DNA from: Pendulispora rubella
GTDB lineage: Bacteria; Myxococcota_A; Polyangia; Polyangiales; Polyangiaceae
Assembly (NCBI RefSeq): GCF_037157805.1
Contig: NZ_CP089983.1
DNA: 64,000 nucleotides
Strand: one strand, 5' to 3'
Part shown: piece after piece, positions 40,501 to 48,509 of the stretch
Numbering within the stretch: position 1 is the first letter of the stretch
Layout of the letters: the number at the start of each line of letters is the position of its first letter
The notes under the pieces: generated by a model
Database searches by the model: none
The model's input: the letters and a program-made list of their open reading frames with translations, nothing else
Told to the model about the DNA's origin: nothing
Made by a program: the position numbers and the translations under genes

Positions 40501-40947
40501 GGCCTGCGCGGACGCGCGTCGCATGGACTGGGGCAGCTCGCCGAATCGGAGCGGGCACTGGAGACGCGCCGCAAGCTTCTCGAGAAGGAAACGAAGACGG
40601 ACGATAGCGGGAACGAAGTCCGCGCGCTCATGCTCGTGGAATCCCAAATCGCCGACAACGCGATCCATCGCGGCGATCGCGCGCAGGCCGCTGCGGCGAT
40701 GGACAAAGCCCTGAAGCACGCGGACCACCTTCACGATCTCGCGAAGGGTGCCGTCGACGCCGATCAACTCCACGCGCTGTGGCTTGCTGCCGAGATGTAC
40801 GCGTTTACCGGCGTCCCCGCGAAGTCCGACGTGCCCAAACGTCTCGATCGGGCCATGACCGAAATGGCCAAACAAGGCTCGCCCGAGTTTCGGAATTACA
40901 TGCGCTGGTTCGAAATTTACATGTCGCTCATCCCGCGGACCCGCTGA
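37510..40947 (+). CDS. Secreted 1,146-aa protein: TolB-like beta-propeller N-terminal region plus long TPR-like alpha-helical domain
   Basis: Signal MGGQALLNLRHVLMAAFALLALVVTGGARAQD; repeated PD40/TolB-type blades (LAPNGKDLYFISNR, SPDGKSILYISYS, SPDGRWLVYV, SKDGKWLYFV); C-terminal ~750 aa helical/TPR-like. Overlaps the preceding lipoprotein gene by 22 nt. Confidence 0.7.
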   Translation: MGGQALLNLRHVLMAAFALLALVVTGGARAQDEEKDAMRRPERLTVGTDDQFLGQLAPNGKDLYFISNRHTVNEIYVENIDDGRAHVLFDEGAEVTWPRVSPDGKSILYISYSQRATGQLCVRDLPSGQRRRCLGGPQAVLLAEWIDSKRIVAVARATIEGNLRAIEVAAEPHLTPKRILGSNLANPAVSPDGRWLVYVPLERTSARVGPAFRAHAGQRIEAVRIEAPGTPVPISIDVPGLTGQPVFSKDGKWLYFVQFFADSNHDGVVDADDHGVLFRVPLSFGPDGRGALAAGPAVQITDEAWNCQYPAPAKDKLITTCSRGRNLDLYSLPLDGEVPENWPSERLALEIDLSSSHAKLQILYHHRLARAKTLDARRFVMLRLVRLHLTLEEFDAATFYAKRIDSLDDTESDALSQSLLVLIEHRKALRDRERGRMFRDFDEQSRARMNKLPTVAHDSRAAAAMARIVRSEIADTIGDKTLARTELEATTIAAKTPRAVLEAYYERADELYRELDDREALLAACRKLASREKLALDDQLRYARAAVRAMIRGLPFAEADARLARERAATPEDSELGFAIDLARIVLKIRPEHNAAVRKELLDFYEKQNKVERHRAIVLDAVQRAIALGADPIVEALAQEYIDDIKPGTIERRRAERLYMQVMIGRAFRRRAAGRLDEARADFEAVATRTGALEAVVGTIDLRLRAGEKPEAIRAAYTARPDDDDSEMVANFVAAYLLSRQLPKLEGEEHARAEEQAIAALMRSWTDLKNQCIAQSLYGSVLHERYLRTGEPGAAERAGTHYLVALELVGNNLRYRAMVLGQLGLLHTQVGNYRIALGYLKDRDKLPYADNSEGFAVRSAKAQALLHIGREKDAATAAEEALAMLDRQPKLERYRVLALDRAALYNLAADQFERALALYDAEIPIVDKDTGPSAQHNRFVVRLARAAAALGAKQPQRALADLTLVDRALDDKKFAETLEWPHADNDQVIRSYRLIAAGLRGRASHGLGQLAESERALETRRKLLEKETKTDDSGNEVRALMLVESQIADNAIHRGDRAQAAAAMDKALKHADHLHDLAKGAVDADQLHALWLAAEMYAFTGVPAKSDVPKRLDRAMTEMAKQGSPEFRNYMRWFEIYMSLIPRTR

Positions 40948-41818
40948 TCCATCCGCCGGCGGGGCGCTCGAACCAGACATGCGCCTGGCCCGTTCCGACG
41001 GAGTTCTCGTAGAGCGAATACGGGACGCCCGGCGCACGGCAGGCGGCACCGCCGAGGGCGCCGGCCATCATGAGGTAATGGCCGAAGTGGCCCTCGGGGG
41101 CGTGGCGCAGGTACTCCGGCATGAAGTCGATGACCTGGCGATGGTCCCCGGCCGCGAGCCACGCCAGAACGCGCTCATCGGCGGCGCGGGCCGCGGGGCT
41201 GGAGATGTTCGCGGGATCCGAGGACTCGCACCGCCGAAGCTCTTTGAAGGGCACCATGCGATGGCTGAAGCCCCCCGACGCGAGAAGAACGACGCGGCGA
41301 TCGAGGCCGGCGATGGCTTCGCCAATGAGCTTGCCGAGCAAGAGGAAGTCGTCCGGCGTCGCGGTTTGGTTGAGGCCCACGGAGATCCACCGCTCGCGGC
41401 CGGCGAGGAAGGTCCAGAGGTTGACGGTGCCGTAGAAGATGGGCAGGAGCGGATCGTCGCAGGCCAGGGCCCACGTATCGTCGCGGCCTTTGGCGAGGCG
41501 CTCGACGGCGAAGGCCAGCTCGGGATCGCCGGGCATGTCGTAAGGAATGGCCTTCATGCCGCGCGGAAGTTCGTGCGACGTGAAGAGGCCCTGGCGACGG
41601 GCGTGCGCCGTGAGGATGTGCTCGAAGGTGACGATCCAATGCGTGTCGAAGACCACGATGGTGTCGGCCGCGAGGCGGTCGAGCACCTCGGTGCGAAGAC
41701 GGCGCAAACCCGGGACGAGCGAGGTGTCCTCACCGCCGTTGAGCTCGCGGCGCGTGGCCTCGGGCAGCATGATGCCCGGTGCGTGCGAGACGATCGCTGC
41801 GCCTACGATTTCGCCCAC
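40928..41818 (-). CDS. Class III extradiol ring-cleavage dioxygenase (LigB superfamily; HpaD/HpcB-like)
   Basis: GTG start 41816-41818; LigB-family features (VSHAPGIM, DTHWIVTFEHIL, GGFSHRM, HFGHYLMMAGALG). Immediately downstream of ALDH as in hpaE-hpaD. Confidence 0.8.
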   Translation of the reverse strand: MGEIVGAAIVSHAPGIMLPEATRRELNGGEDTSLVPGLRRLRTEVLDRLAADTIVVFDTHWIVTFEHILTAHARRQGLFTSHELPRGMKAIPYDMPGDPELAFAVERLAKGRDDTWALACDDPLLPIFYGTVNLWTFLAGRERWISVGLNQTATPDDFLLLGKLIGEAIAGLDRRVVLLASGGFSHRMVPFKELRRCESSDPANISSPAARAADERVLAWLAAGDHRQVIDFMPEYLRHAPEGHFGHYLMMAGALGGAACRAPGVPYSLYENSVGTGQAHVWFERPAGGWISGSAG

Positions 41819-41819
41819 G

Positions 41820-43280
41820 TCACGATCCTCCCGCGCCGTCGTTCCATGGCGCGGTGCAGACGTTCTTCACGTCGGCGTAAAAGTCGAAGCTCCAATTGCC
41901 GCCCTCGCGGCCGACCCCCGATTGGCGGGCGCCACCGAATGGCGCGCGCAGATCGCGCACGAAGAAGCAGTTGACCCAGATGGTGCCGGCGACGATGCGC
42001 TGCGAAACGCGTTCGGCGCGCGCGCGGTCCTGGGTGAAGATGGCGGCGGCCAGGCCGTAACGCGTGCCGTTGGCGAGGGCGATGGCTTCCTCGTCGTCGT
42101 CGAAGGGCTGCAGGGTGAGGACGGGCCCGAAAACCTCTTCCTGGAGGATCTCCGCGCCGTCGGGGACGTCGACGAACAGCGTCGGGCGGTAATGGAGGCC
42201 GCCGAGTTCTTCGTTGGGACCGCCGCCGAGTGCCACGCGGGCGCCTCGCCCGATGGCGGTCTGCACGAAGCGGTCGATGCGCGCGACGTGTTCCCGCGCG
42301 ATCTGCGGGCCGATGTCCGTGGCCGGATCGCGCGGATCGCCTTGGCGAAGGGCGCGGGCGCGCTCGAGGAAGCGGGCGAGGAACGCGTCGTAGAGGCGGC
42401 GGTGCACGAGCAGGCGGGTGGCGGCGAGGCAGACCTGGCCCGCGTGATCGTATTGGCCGACGGCGTGGGTGACGGCGAGCTCGAGATCGGCGTCGTCGAA
42501 GACGAGGAAGGGCGACTTTCCACCGAGCTCGAACGAGAGGGGCGTGAGGTTGCGCGCGGCGGCGGCGGCGATGCTTCGCGCGGTCTGGGTGGAGCCGGTG
42601 AACGAGATGCGGTCGACGTCGGGGTGGCGCACCAGCGCGGCACCGGCCTCTTCACCCAGGCCTTGCACCACGTTGAAGACGCCCGGGGGAAGGCCCGCCT
42701 CGTGCGTGATGTCGGCGAGGAGCGAGGCGGTGAGCGGCGACCACTCGGCGGGCTTGAGCACGACGGCGGCTCCGGATGCGAGCGCCGGGGCGATCTTCCA
42801 CGTGGCCAACATGAGCGGCGCGTTCCACGGGGTGATGAGCGCCACCACCCCGGAGGGCTCCCAGCGCACGTGGTTGCGATGGCCGCGCGTCTCGAAGTCG
42901 GGCACCTCGAGGGCGCTGAGGTGGTCGGCGAAGTGGTGGAAGTTGTGCGCCGCACGGGGCACGACGCTGCGCTGCATCGCGCGCAAGAGCGGGCCGGCGT
43001 CGCGCGTCTCCACGGCGGCCAGCTCCGGGAGCCGGCGTTCGATGCCCGCGGCGATGGCGTGCAGCACGCGCGCCCGTTCCTGGGGCGGCGTTCGGCCCCA
43101 GGCCTGGAAGCCCGACTTGGCGGCGGCCACGGCGAGATCGATTTCGCGACGACTGCCCCGCGCGACTTCGGCGATGGTCGCGCCGTCGATGGGCGATACG
43201 TCGTCGAAGACCTGAGCGGAGGCGACCCGTTCACCGCCGATCCAGTGCTCGGTGGATACCTCGACGTCTTCGACCTTCAT
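41820..43280 (-). CDS. NAD(P)-dependent aldehyde dehydrogenase (HpaE/HpcC-like semialdehyde dehydrogenase)
   Basis: Start MKVEDVEVSTEHWIGGERV (complement 43278-43280); ALDH motifs ITPWNAPL, FTGSTQTARSI, catalytic ELGGKSP and QVCLAATR, EEVFGPV. Confidence 0.9.
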   Translation of the reverse strand: MKVEDVEVSTEHWIGGERVASAQVFDDVSPIDGATIAEVARGSRREIDLAVAAAKSGFQAWGRTPPQERARVLHAIAAGIERRLPELAAVETRDAGPLLRAMQRSVVPRAAHNFHHFADHLSALEVPDFETRGHRNHVRWEPSGVVALITPWNAPLMLATWKIAPALASGAAVVLKPAEWSPLTASLLADITHEAGLPPGVFNVVQGLGEEAGAALVRHPDVDRISFTGSTQTARSIAAAAARNLTPLSFELGGKSPFLVFDDADLELAVTHAVGQYDHAGQVCLAATRLLVHRRLYDAFLARFLERARALRQGDPRDPATDIGPQIAREHVARIDRFVQTAIGRGARVALGGGPNEELGGLHYRPTLFVDVPDGAEILQEEVFGPVLTLQPFDDDEEAIALANGTRYGLAAAIFTQDRARAERVSQRIVAGTIWVNCFFVRDLRAPFGGARQSGVGREGGNWSFDFYADVKNVCTAPWNDGAGGS

Positions 43281-44080
43281 GGTGCCTCCACTCGCGTGAT
43301 GCAGGTTCCGCCGTCGAACGTCACGCCGACGCTGCGGTAGTAGCCGCCGATCATCTCGCGGGGCGCGAGGGCGGCGAGTTCCTCGGTCGGCGATGGGAAC
43401 AGAGCCATCTCCGCGGTGCCGGTCCATGCGGGGCTCAGCTCGACGTCGCGCCCCTTCATCGTCACGAGTTCGTGCATCGATGCGGGTGCCCCGTTTTCAA
43501 TCGAGGGCCATGCGCGCGTGTGCAGCATGGGCAGCGCATTGACGAAGCCGCCGCTCGTCGAGGGCCCGGTGATGGTGAAGCGGGCGTCGGCCAGACGGCG
43601 ACCACCCGCGGAAAGCGTGGCGCCGAAGCGACCGCCCGCCTGCAAACGGGGCCCGGCGCGTCCGACCGTGACCGGGCGGCTCATGTGGATGGCACCGAGC
43701 TTCTTCGGGTATCCCTGGTGCCAGCCGCGGGCGAGCGCGAAGTCGGAATCGACCCAGATGTACACGCAGCGTGAGTACACCTGCCCACGAAAGGCGCACC
43801 GCACCACGGCGAAGCACTCCTTGTATTGCGCACGCACCGGATCGAGCAGCTCGTCGAACGAATCGGAGCACGACTGCCAATCGGCCCAGATGAGGGCGAC
43901 GGCCCCGGGATCGTCCGGCGCCAGCTCGATACCGTCGGGCAGCAACGCCGCCACCCGCGCCGGATCCGTTCGATACTCGATGGTGAGCAAATCGCCCGAA
44001 TAGTGCCATGGCGGCGGCCGAACCAGCGCGGCGCGCCCTTCCGGGGAGCGCGGCGGCAAGAATCCTTGAAGCGTGGCCAT
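43277..44080 (-). CDS. Acetoacetate decarboxylase (ADC)-family protein
   Basis: PPWHYSGDLLTIEYRTDPARVAALLPDGIEL and MIGGYYRSVGVTFDGG are ADC-fold hallmarks; start MATLQGF at 44078-44080 (the 18-bp operator palindrome lies just upstream); 4-nt overlap with ALDH start. Confidence 0.7.
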   Translation of the reverse strand: MATLQGFLPPRSPEGRAALVRPPPWHYSGDLLTIEYRTDPARVAALLPDGIELAPDDPGAVALIWADWQSCSDSFDELLDPVRAQYKECFAVVRCAFRGQVYSRCVYIWVDSDFALARGWHQGYPKKLGAIHMSRPVTVGRAGPRLQAGGRFGATLSAGGRRLADARFTITGPSTSGGFVNALPMLHTRAWPSIENGAPASMHELVTMKGRDVELSPAWTGTAEMALFPSPTEELAALAPREMIGGYYRSVGVTFDGGTCITRVEAP

Positions 44081-44096
44081 CGCCGGCAGTATAAAC

Positions 44097-44114
44097 TGAT
44101 TCGGTACCGAATCA
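44097..44114. promoter_or_regulatory. Perfect 18-bp palindrome TGATTCGGTACCGAATCA (putative operator) with adjacent TATAAA -10-like hexamer, in the 74-bp divergent control region
   Basis: Read directly: agtATAAAcTGATTCGGTACCGAATCAattcg, between the ADC-like gene start (44080, -) and the FAH-family gene start (44155, +). Confidence 0.6.
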
Positions 44115-44154
44115 ATTCGTCCGACCGGCACCCCGATGGGGAGGGAGAAGAATC

Positions 44155-45006
44155 ATGGAAACACGGCGGATACTCGTTCATGACGACGTGCTCACGGTGA
44201 AGGCCGCCGACGAACCTGGGGCGCTCGTGGCGACGGATGGGCGCCGTTTTCGTGCCGATGCGGTGCAGCATCTTCCCCCGTGCACACCGACCAAGATCGT
44301 GTGCGTGCACCTCAACTACGAGAGCCGGCGGGTCGAGTTCGGCGCCAAGCTCGGGTCCACGCCCACGTATTTCCACAAGCCCGTGAGCGCATTGAATGCC
44401 CATGGTGGCGACGTGGTGAGGCCGCCGCCGTGCCGCTACCTGAATTACGAAGGCGAGATTGCCATCGTCATCGGGCGCCCCACGAAGAACGTCGCGCCCT
44501 CGGAGGCGGCGGCGTGCATCGCGGGCTACACCATCGCGTGCGATTACGGCCTTCACGATTTTCGCGACACCGACGCGGGCTCGATGCTGCGCGTGAAGGG
44601 CGCCGATACCCTTTGCCCCTTGGGCCCAGGACTGGTCACGGGCTGGGATTTTCGCGGGAAGCGAATCCGCACCTTGGTCAACGGTCAAGTGCGCCAGGAG
44701 GCCACCACCGACGAAATGATTTGGGACATGCACTACCTGGTGGCCGACATCGCGCGTACGATCACCTTGGTGGAAGGCGACGTCATTCTCTCGGGCACGC
44801 CCGCGAACTCCCGGCCCGTGGAGCCGGGGGACGTGGTCTCGATCGAGGTGGAGGGCCTCGGCGTGCTGAGCAACCGCATCACCTCGGGCGAGGTCGCGGT
44901 GCGCCACGACGTGGGCGCGCAGCCCTCGGAGTCGGAGGAGGTTCGCTCCACGGCATTGGGCGGCGACTGGGAATTTCGGGGGATCCGTGCACCGCGCCGC
45001 GATTGA
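44155..45006 (+). CDS. Fumarylacetoacetate hydrolase (FAH)-family protein (HpaG/HpcE-like hydratase/decarboxylase-isomerase)
   Basis: RBS GGGAGGGAG; FAH-family metal-binding block (YEGEIAIVIG, LHDFRD, DEMIWD, GDVILSGTP). Confidence 0.85.
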   Translation: METRRILVHDDVLTVKAADEPGALVATDGRRFRADAVQHLPPCTPTKIVCVHLNYESRRVEFGAKLGSTPTYFHKPVSALNAHGGDVVRPPPCRYLNYEGEIAIVIGRPTKNVAPSEAAACIAGYTIACDYGLHDFRDTDAGSMLRVKGADTLCPLGPGLVTGWDFRGKRIRTLVNGQVRQEATTDEMIWDMHYLVADIARTITLVEGDVILSGTPANSRPVEPGDVVSIEVEGLGVLSNRITSGEVAVRHDVGAQPSESEEVRSTALGGDWEFRGIRAPRRD

Positions 45007-46246
45007 TCCGCGTCCCCGGTTGCGTCTGCTCTGGTCCGATCTGCTCGGGGTCGAGCGCGGGAAGTACCTCTATGGGCGGCGCGCCGAGGCGGGGCACACG
45101 AACTTCGCCGTCACCACCTTCGTGACGACCCTCGACAAGACGATCCTCCCCGTCGCCGGCTTCGCACACGACGTGGGGCTGCCCGATCTGCAGGCCCGCA
45201 TCGACCCATCGTCGGTGCGGCCGGGTTGGGAGAAGGACACGGTCGTGGGCGTGTCGGATCTTTCGCGCGATGGGGCGCCGCTCGCGGTGTGCCCGCGGCA
45301 GATGCTGCGGCAAGCCTGCGCGCCGTGGATCGATGCGGGGCTGTACCCGCAGCTCGCCTTCGAGCTCGAGTTCTACCTGATGGCCCCCGATGGACGCGGA
45401 GGCTACGGGCCGCTGACGGCGCCGGCGCCGCACGTGTATGGCACCGGGCCGGCGGTGGATCCCGACGGGGTGATCGATGACATGGCCGCGGCGGCGGCCG
45501 CCTCGGGGTTTCCGCTGGAAGGGTTTGCCAGCGAATTCGACGATGCGCAGTTCGAGTTGAACCTCGGCCACCGCGATGCCCTCGCCGCCGCGGACGATGC
45601 GTTCTTGCTGCGCCTGTTGGTGCGCGAGGTGGCCCTTCGGCGCGGTCACCGCGCGACGTTTCTCGGGAAGCCGTTCGCCGAGCGGGCAGGCACGGGCATG
45701 CACGTCAATTTGAGCTTTCGCACGGCCAGCGGGGAGAACGCGCTCGACGATCCCCACGCCAAGGATGGCCTCTCGCCGAAGGTGCACCACGCCACCGGCG
45801 GGCTGCTCGCCCACCACGAGGCGCTCGCTGCCGTGTTTGCGCCCAACGTGAACGCGTACGGGCGGCTTCGTCCGCACCAGATGAATGGCTATTGGGCCAA
45901 TTGGGGCTACGACGATCGCACCGCGGCGGTGCGCATTCCGCCCGAGCGCGGGGCGGGCACCCGCATCGAGCATCGCACGCCCGACGGCGCGGCCAATCCG
46001 TACCTCATCGGCGCGGCGCTGCTCCATGCCGCGCGCTTCGGGGTGGAACGGGAGCTCGTGCCTTCGTCGTCGAGCGATCGCACGGTGCCGGAGTCGCTCG
46101 CGGACGCGCTCGAGGCGTTCGCGGCGGACACGTGGCTGTGCCATGCGCTCGGGCCCGACTTCGTGCGCGCCTTCACCGCATTGAAGCGCGCCGAATGCGA
46201 ACGAAGCGAGCCGACGGACCTGGCGTTCTACTTGCCGTTCTTCTGA
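44987..46246 (+). CDS. Glutamine synthetase-family (type III / gamma-glutamyl-amine ligase-like) protein
   Basis: GTG 44987 (20-nt overlap with the FAH gene); beta-grasp N-domain then catalytic-domain motifs (QLAFELEFYLM, EFDDAQFELNLGH, GMHVNLSFR, NAYGRLRPHQMNGYWANWGYDDR, RIEHRTPDGAANPYL). Confidence 0.8.
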   Translation: MHRAAIDPRPRLRLLWSDLLGVERGKYLYGRRAEAGHTNFAVTTFVTTLDKTILPVAGFAHDVGLPDLQARIDPSSVRPGWEKDTVVGVSDLSRDGAPLAVCPRQMLRQACAPWIDAGLYPQLAFELEFYLMAPDGRGGYGPLTAPAPHVYGTGPAVDPDGVIDDMAAAAAASGFPLEGFASEFDDAQFELNLGHRDALAAADDAFLLRLLVREVALRRGHRATFLGKPFAERAGTGMHVNLSFRTASGENALDDPHAKDGLSPKVHHATGGLLAHHEALAAVFAPNVNAYGRLRPHQMNGYWANWGYDDRTAAVRIPPERGAGTRIEHRTPDGAANPYLIGAALLHAARFGVERELVPSSSSDRTVPESLADALEAFAADTWLCHALGPDFVRAFTALKRAECERSEPTDLAFYLPFF

Positions 46247-46758
46247 TCGACACCGCGCAGCAAGCTGCGAAGCAACCCGGCGAGGCGATCTTGATCGGCC
46301 GGGCCGAGGCTGCTCGCGACGGCGGCCTCCTCGGCGTTGAACTTCGGGAAGACGCGCTCGATGACCTTGCGACCCTTGGGCGTCAGGTCGACGAACACGG
46401 TGCGGCCGTCGTGCGGGCCGGGACGGCTCTTCACGAAGCTGCGGCGCTTGAGCGTGCCCACGACGCCCGTGGCGGTGGGCCGGCTGATGCACACGTGCGT
46501 GGCGAGCTCGCGCACCTCCATTTCGCCCCACACCCAGAGCACCCACAAAGACGAAAACGACGTCCACGAGAGCCGGTCGGCGGCGAGCACATTGCCCTCG
46601 AGCCGGCGGCGCACCGCCATGGAGGCGCGGAACAAATTGGAGATGGCCGCCATGGCGCGGAAGTCCAGCGGCAGATCGCCGAGCTTCTCCATCACTTTGG
46701 CCTCGGCCGGGAGGAGATCCGCCTGGCGCTTGTTCACCTGCTTGCGAGCGGCCTTCAT
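46228..46758 (-). CDS. MarR-family transcriptional regulator
   Basis: Winged-helix region LSWTSFSSLWVLWVWGEMEVRELATHVCISRPTATGVVGTLKRRSFV...RTVFVDLTPKGRKV; 4-nt start/stop overlap with the ggt gene upstream on the same strand. Confidence 0.8.
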   Translation of the reverse strand: MKAARKQVNKRQADLLPAEAKVMEKLGDLPLDFRAMAAISNLFRASMAVRRRLEGNVLAADRLSWTSFSSLWVLWVWGEMEVRELATHVCISRPTATGVVGTLKRRSFVKSRPGPHDGRTVFVDLTPKGRKVIERVFPKFNAEEAAVASSLGPADQDRLAGLLRSLLRGVDQKNGK

Positions 46759-48509
46759 TGGGCGAGGGCAAACCCGTGTTTGCGCGGATCGGCCGTGGCC
46801 AAGAGGCGCGGTTGCGGGCCGCGTCGGTCCCAGGCCACCATCTGCACCGCGTTCGCCGAGGACGACGACTCGCGCACCGTTTCGCCGCGGGCGCGCATGC
46901 CCGCGCGCACGTCCTCCGGGATGTCCGGCTCGACGAGCACCTCGGGCGTGGCCCCGTGCACGAAGATGCGCGGCGCGCTGACGCAGGCGCCCGGGTCCAT
47001 CTGGTAGACGAGGCGCGCGAGCGTCGCCTGCATCACGTTGCCCGCGATGCGAAGCCCGCCCGAGCCACCGACGGCCAGAAGGGGCGCGCCGTTCTCCAGA
47101 ACGATGGTCGGCGTCATGCTCGAGACCGGGCGTGCGCCGGGGCGCGGCCGGTTCGGCCCGAGGCCGATGACCCCGAAGCCGGCGACATCGCTCGGCGAGG
47201 AAAAGTCGGTCAGCTCGTCGTTGAGCAGGATGCCCGTGTCGCCCGCCACCAGGCGCGCGCCGAAGGGGCCGTTCACCGTCGTGGTGAGCGAGACCACGTT
47301 GCCGTCCGCATCGGCCACGACGATGTGCGTGGTCCCCTGCTCCGTCGACTTGAACTCGGGCGCCACGTGCGTCTTGTACGGATCGAGCTTCTTTTGGCGC
47401 GCCGCCATGCGATCCGTCGCCAAGGCGCGCTCATACGACTCGTTCACCGATGCTTCCAGATCCGGATCGCCCGCGATGCGCGCGCGATCGGCCACGGCGC
47501 CGCGCATCACCTCGGCCATGAAGTGCAGGTACTCGCTCGAGCCGAAGCCCAGCTTGCCCAGCATGCTCGTCGAGTCCGCGCCGAGGATGCTCGCCGCCTC
47601 GAGCAACATGAGCCCACCCGCCGACGGCGCCGGCATGGTGTAGATGGTGCGCGCGCCAAAGGTGCGGGTGAGCGGCGCGCGCTCGCGGACGCGGTACGCG
47701 GTGAGGTCGCCCTCGTCGAGGGTGCCGCCGGCGGAGCGCGCGGCCTGCACGATCTTCTTCGCGATGTCGCCGCTGTAGAAGGGGCGCGAACCTTCGCTGC
47801 CGAACCGGGTCAGGGTGCGCCCGAGCTCGGGCCGGCGCACCGCCGCGCGGTAGCCGAGGGGGTGATCGCCCGGGAAGAACGCGCGGGCCAGATCCGGCGA
47901 TTGGACGACGTACTCGTGCATGCGCGCCAGCGAATCGGCCATGTGCCGGCCCAGCGAGAAGCCACGGGTCGCCAGATCGGCAGCGGGCTGGGCATCGGCG
48001 GCGAGGGAACGCTTGCCGTAGCGCAGGTTGAGCAGCTCGAGCCCGGCAGGCTCGCCGGGAACCCCTACGGTGTGCCCGCGCTGAGCGGCCTGGGCATTGG
48101 CGCCATTTTGGGCGAGCAGCTTCTCGACGTCGATCTTCTGCGCGGCGGTCTCGCGGAAGTCGAGGGCCACGACCTTGCGATCCTTCTTCAGATAGACCAG
48201 CGCGAAGCCTCCGCCGCCGATGCCGCTGGACACCGGATTGACGACCCCGAGCGTGAGCGCCGCGGTGATGGCGCCATCGATGGCATTTCCCCCATTGCGC
48301 AGTGTTTCCAACGCGGCGTGCGTGGCGTCGGCATTCTCGGTGGCGACGGCCACCGAGGCGCCTTCGGCGGCTTGCGGGAACGCGGCGCGGCTTTGGGAGA
48401 CCGGAAACGCCAGGACCAACACCGAGGCGACCGCCACGAAGACGGTGGGGAGCCGCGGAATTCGGCGTGGTAGGCTGCGTCCGAGCAAGGTACGAAAAGA
48501 GGCGTTCAT
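46755..48509 (-). CDS. ggt: Gamma-glutamyltranspeptidase
   Basis: Signal MNASFRTLLGRSLPRRIPRLPTVFVAVASVLVLAFP; GGT motifs GGNAIDGAITAALTLGVVNP, GIGGGGF, autoprocessing Thr (TTHIVVADADGNVVSLTTT), GGSGG. Start ATG at 48507-48509 (alt. TTG 48486-48488). Confidence 0.9.
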   Translation of the reverse strand: MNASFRTLLGRSLPRRIPRLPTVFVAVASVLVLAFPVSQSRAAFPQAAEGASVAVATENADATHAALETLRNGGNAIDGAITAALTLGVVNPVSSGIGGGGFALVYLKKDRKVVALDFRETAAQKIDVEKLLAQNGANAQAAQRGHTVGVPGEPAGLELLNLRYGKRSLAADAQPAADLATRGFSLGRHMADSLARMHEYVVQSPDLARAFFPGDHPLGYRAAVRRPELGRTLTRFGSEGSRPFYSGDIAKKIVQAARSAGGTLDEGDLTAYRVRERAPLTRTFGARTIYTMPAPSAGGLMLLEAASILGADSTSMLGKLGFGSSEYLHFMAEVMRGAVADRARIAGDPDLEASVNESYERALATDRMAARQKKLDPYKTHVAPEFKSTEQGTTHIVVADADGNVVSLTTTVNGPFGARLVAGDTGILLNDELTDFSSPSDVAGFGVIGLGPNRPRPGARPVSSMTPTIVLENGAPLLAVGGSGGLRIAGNVMQATLARLVYQMDPGACVSAPRIFVHGATPEVLVEPDIPEDVRAGMRARGETVRESSSSANAVQMVAWDRRGPQPRLLATADPRKHGFALAQ

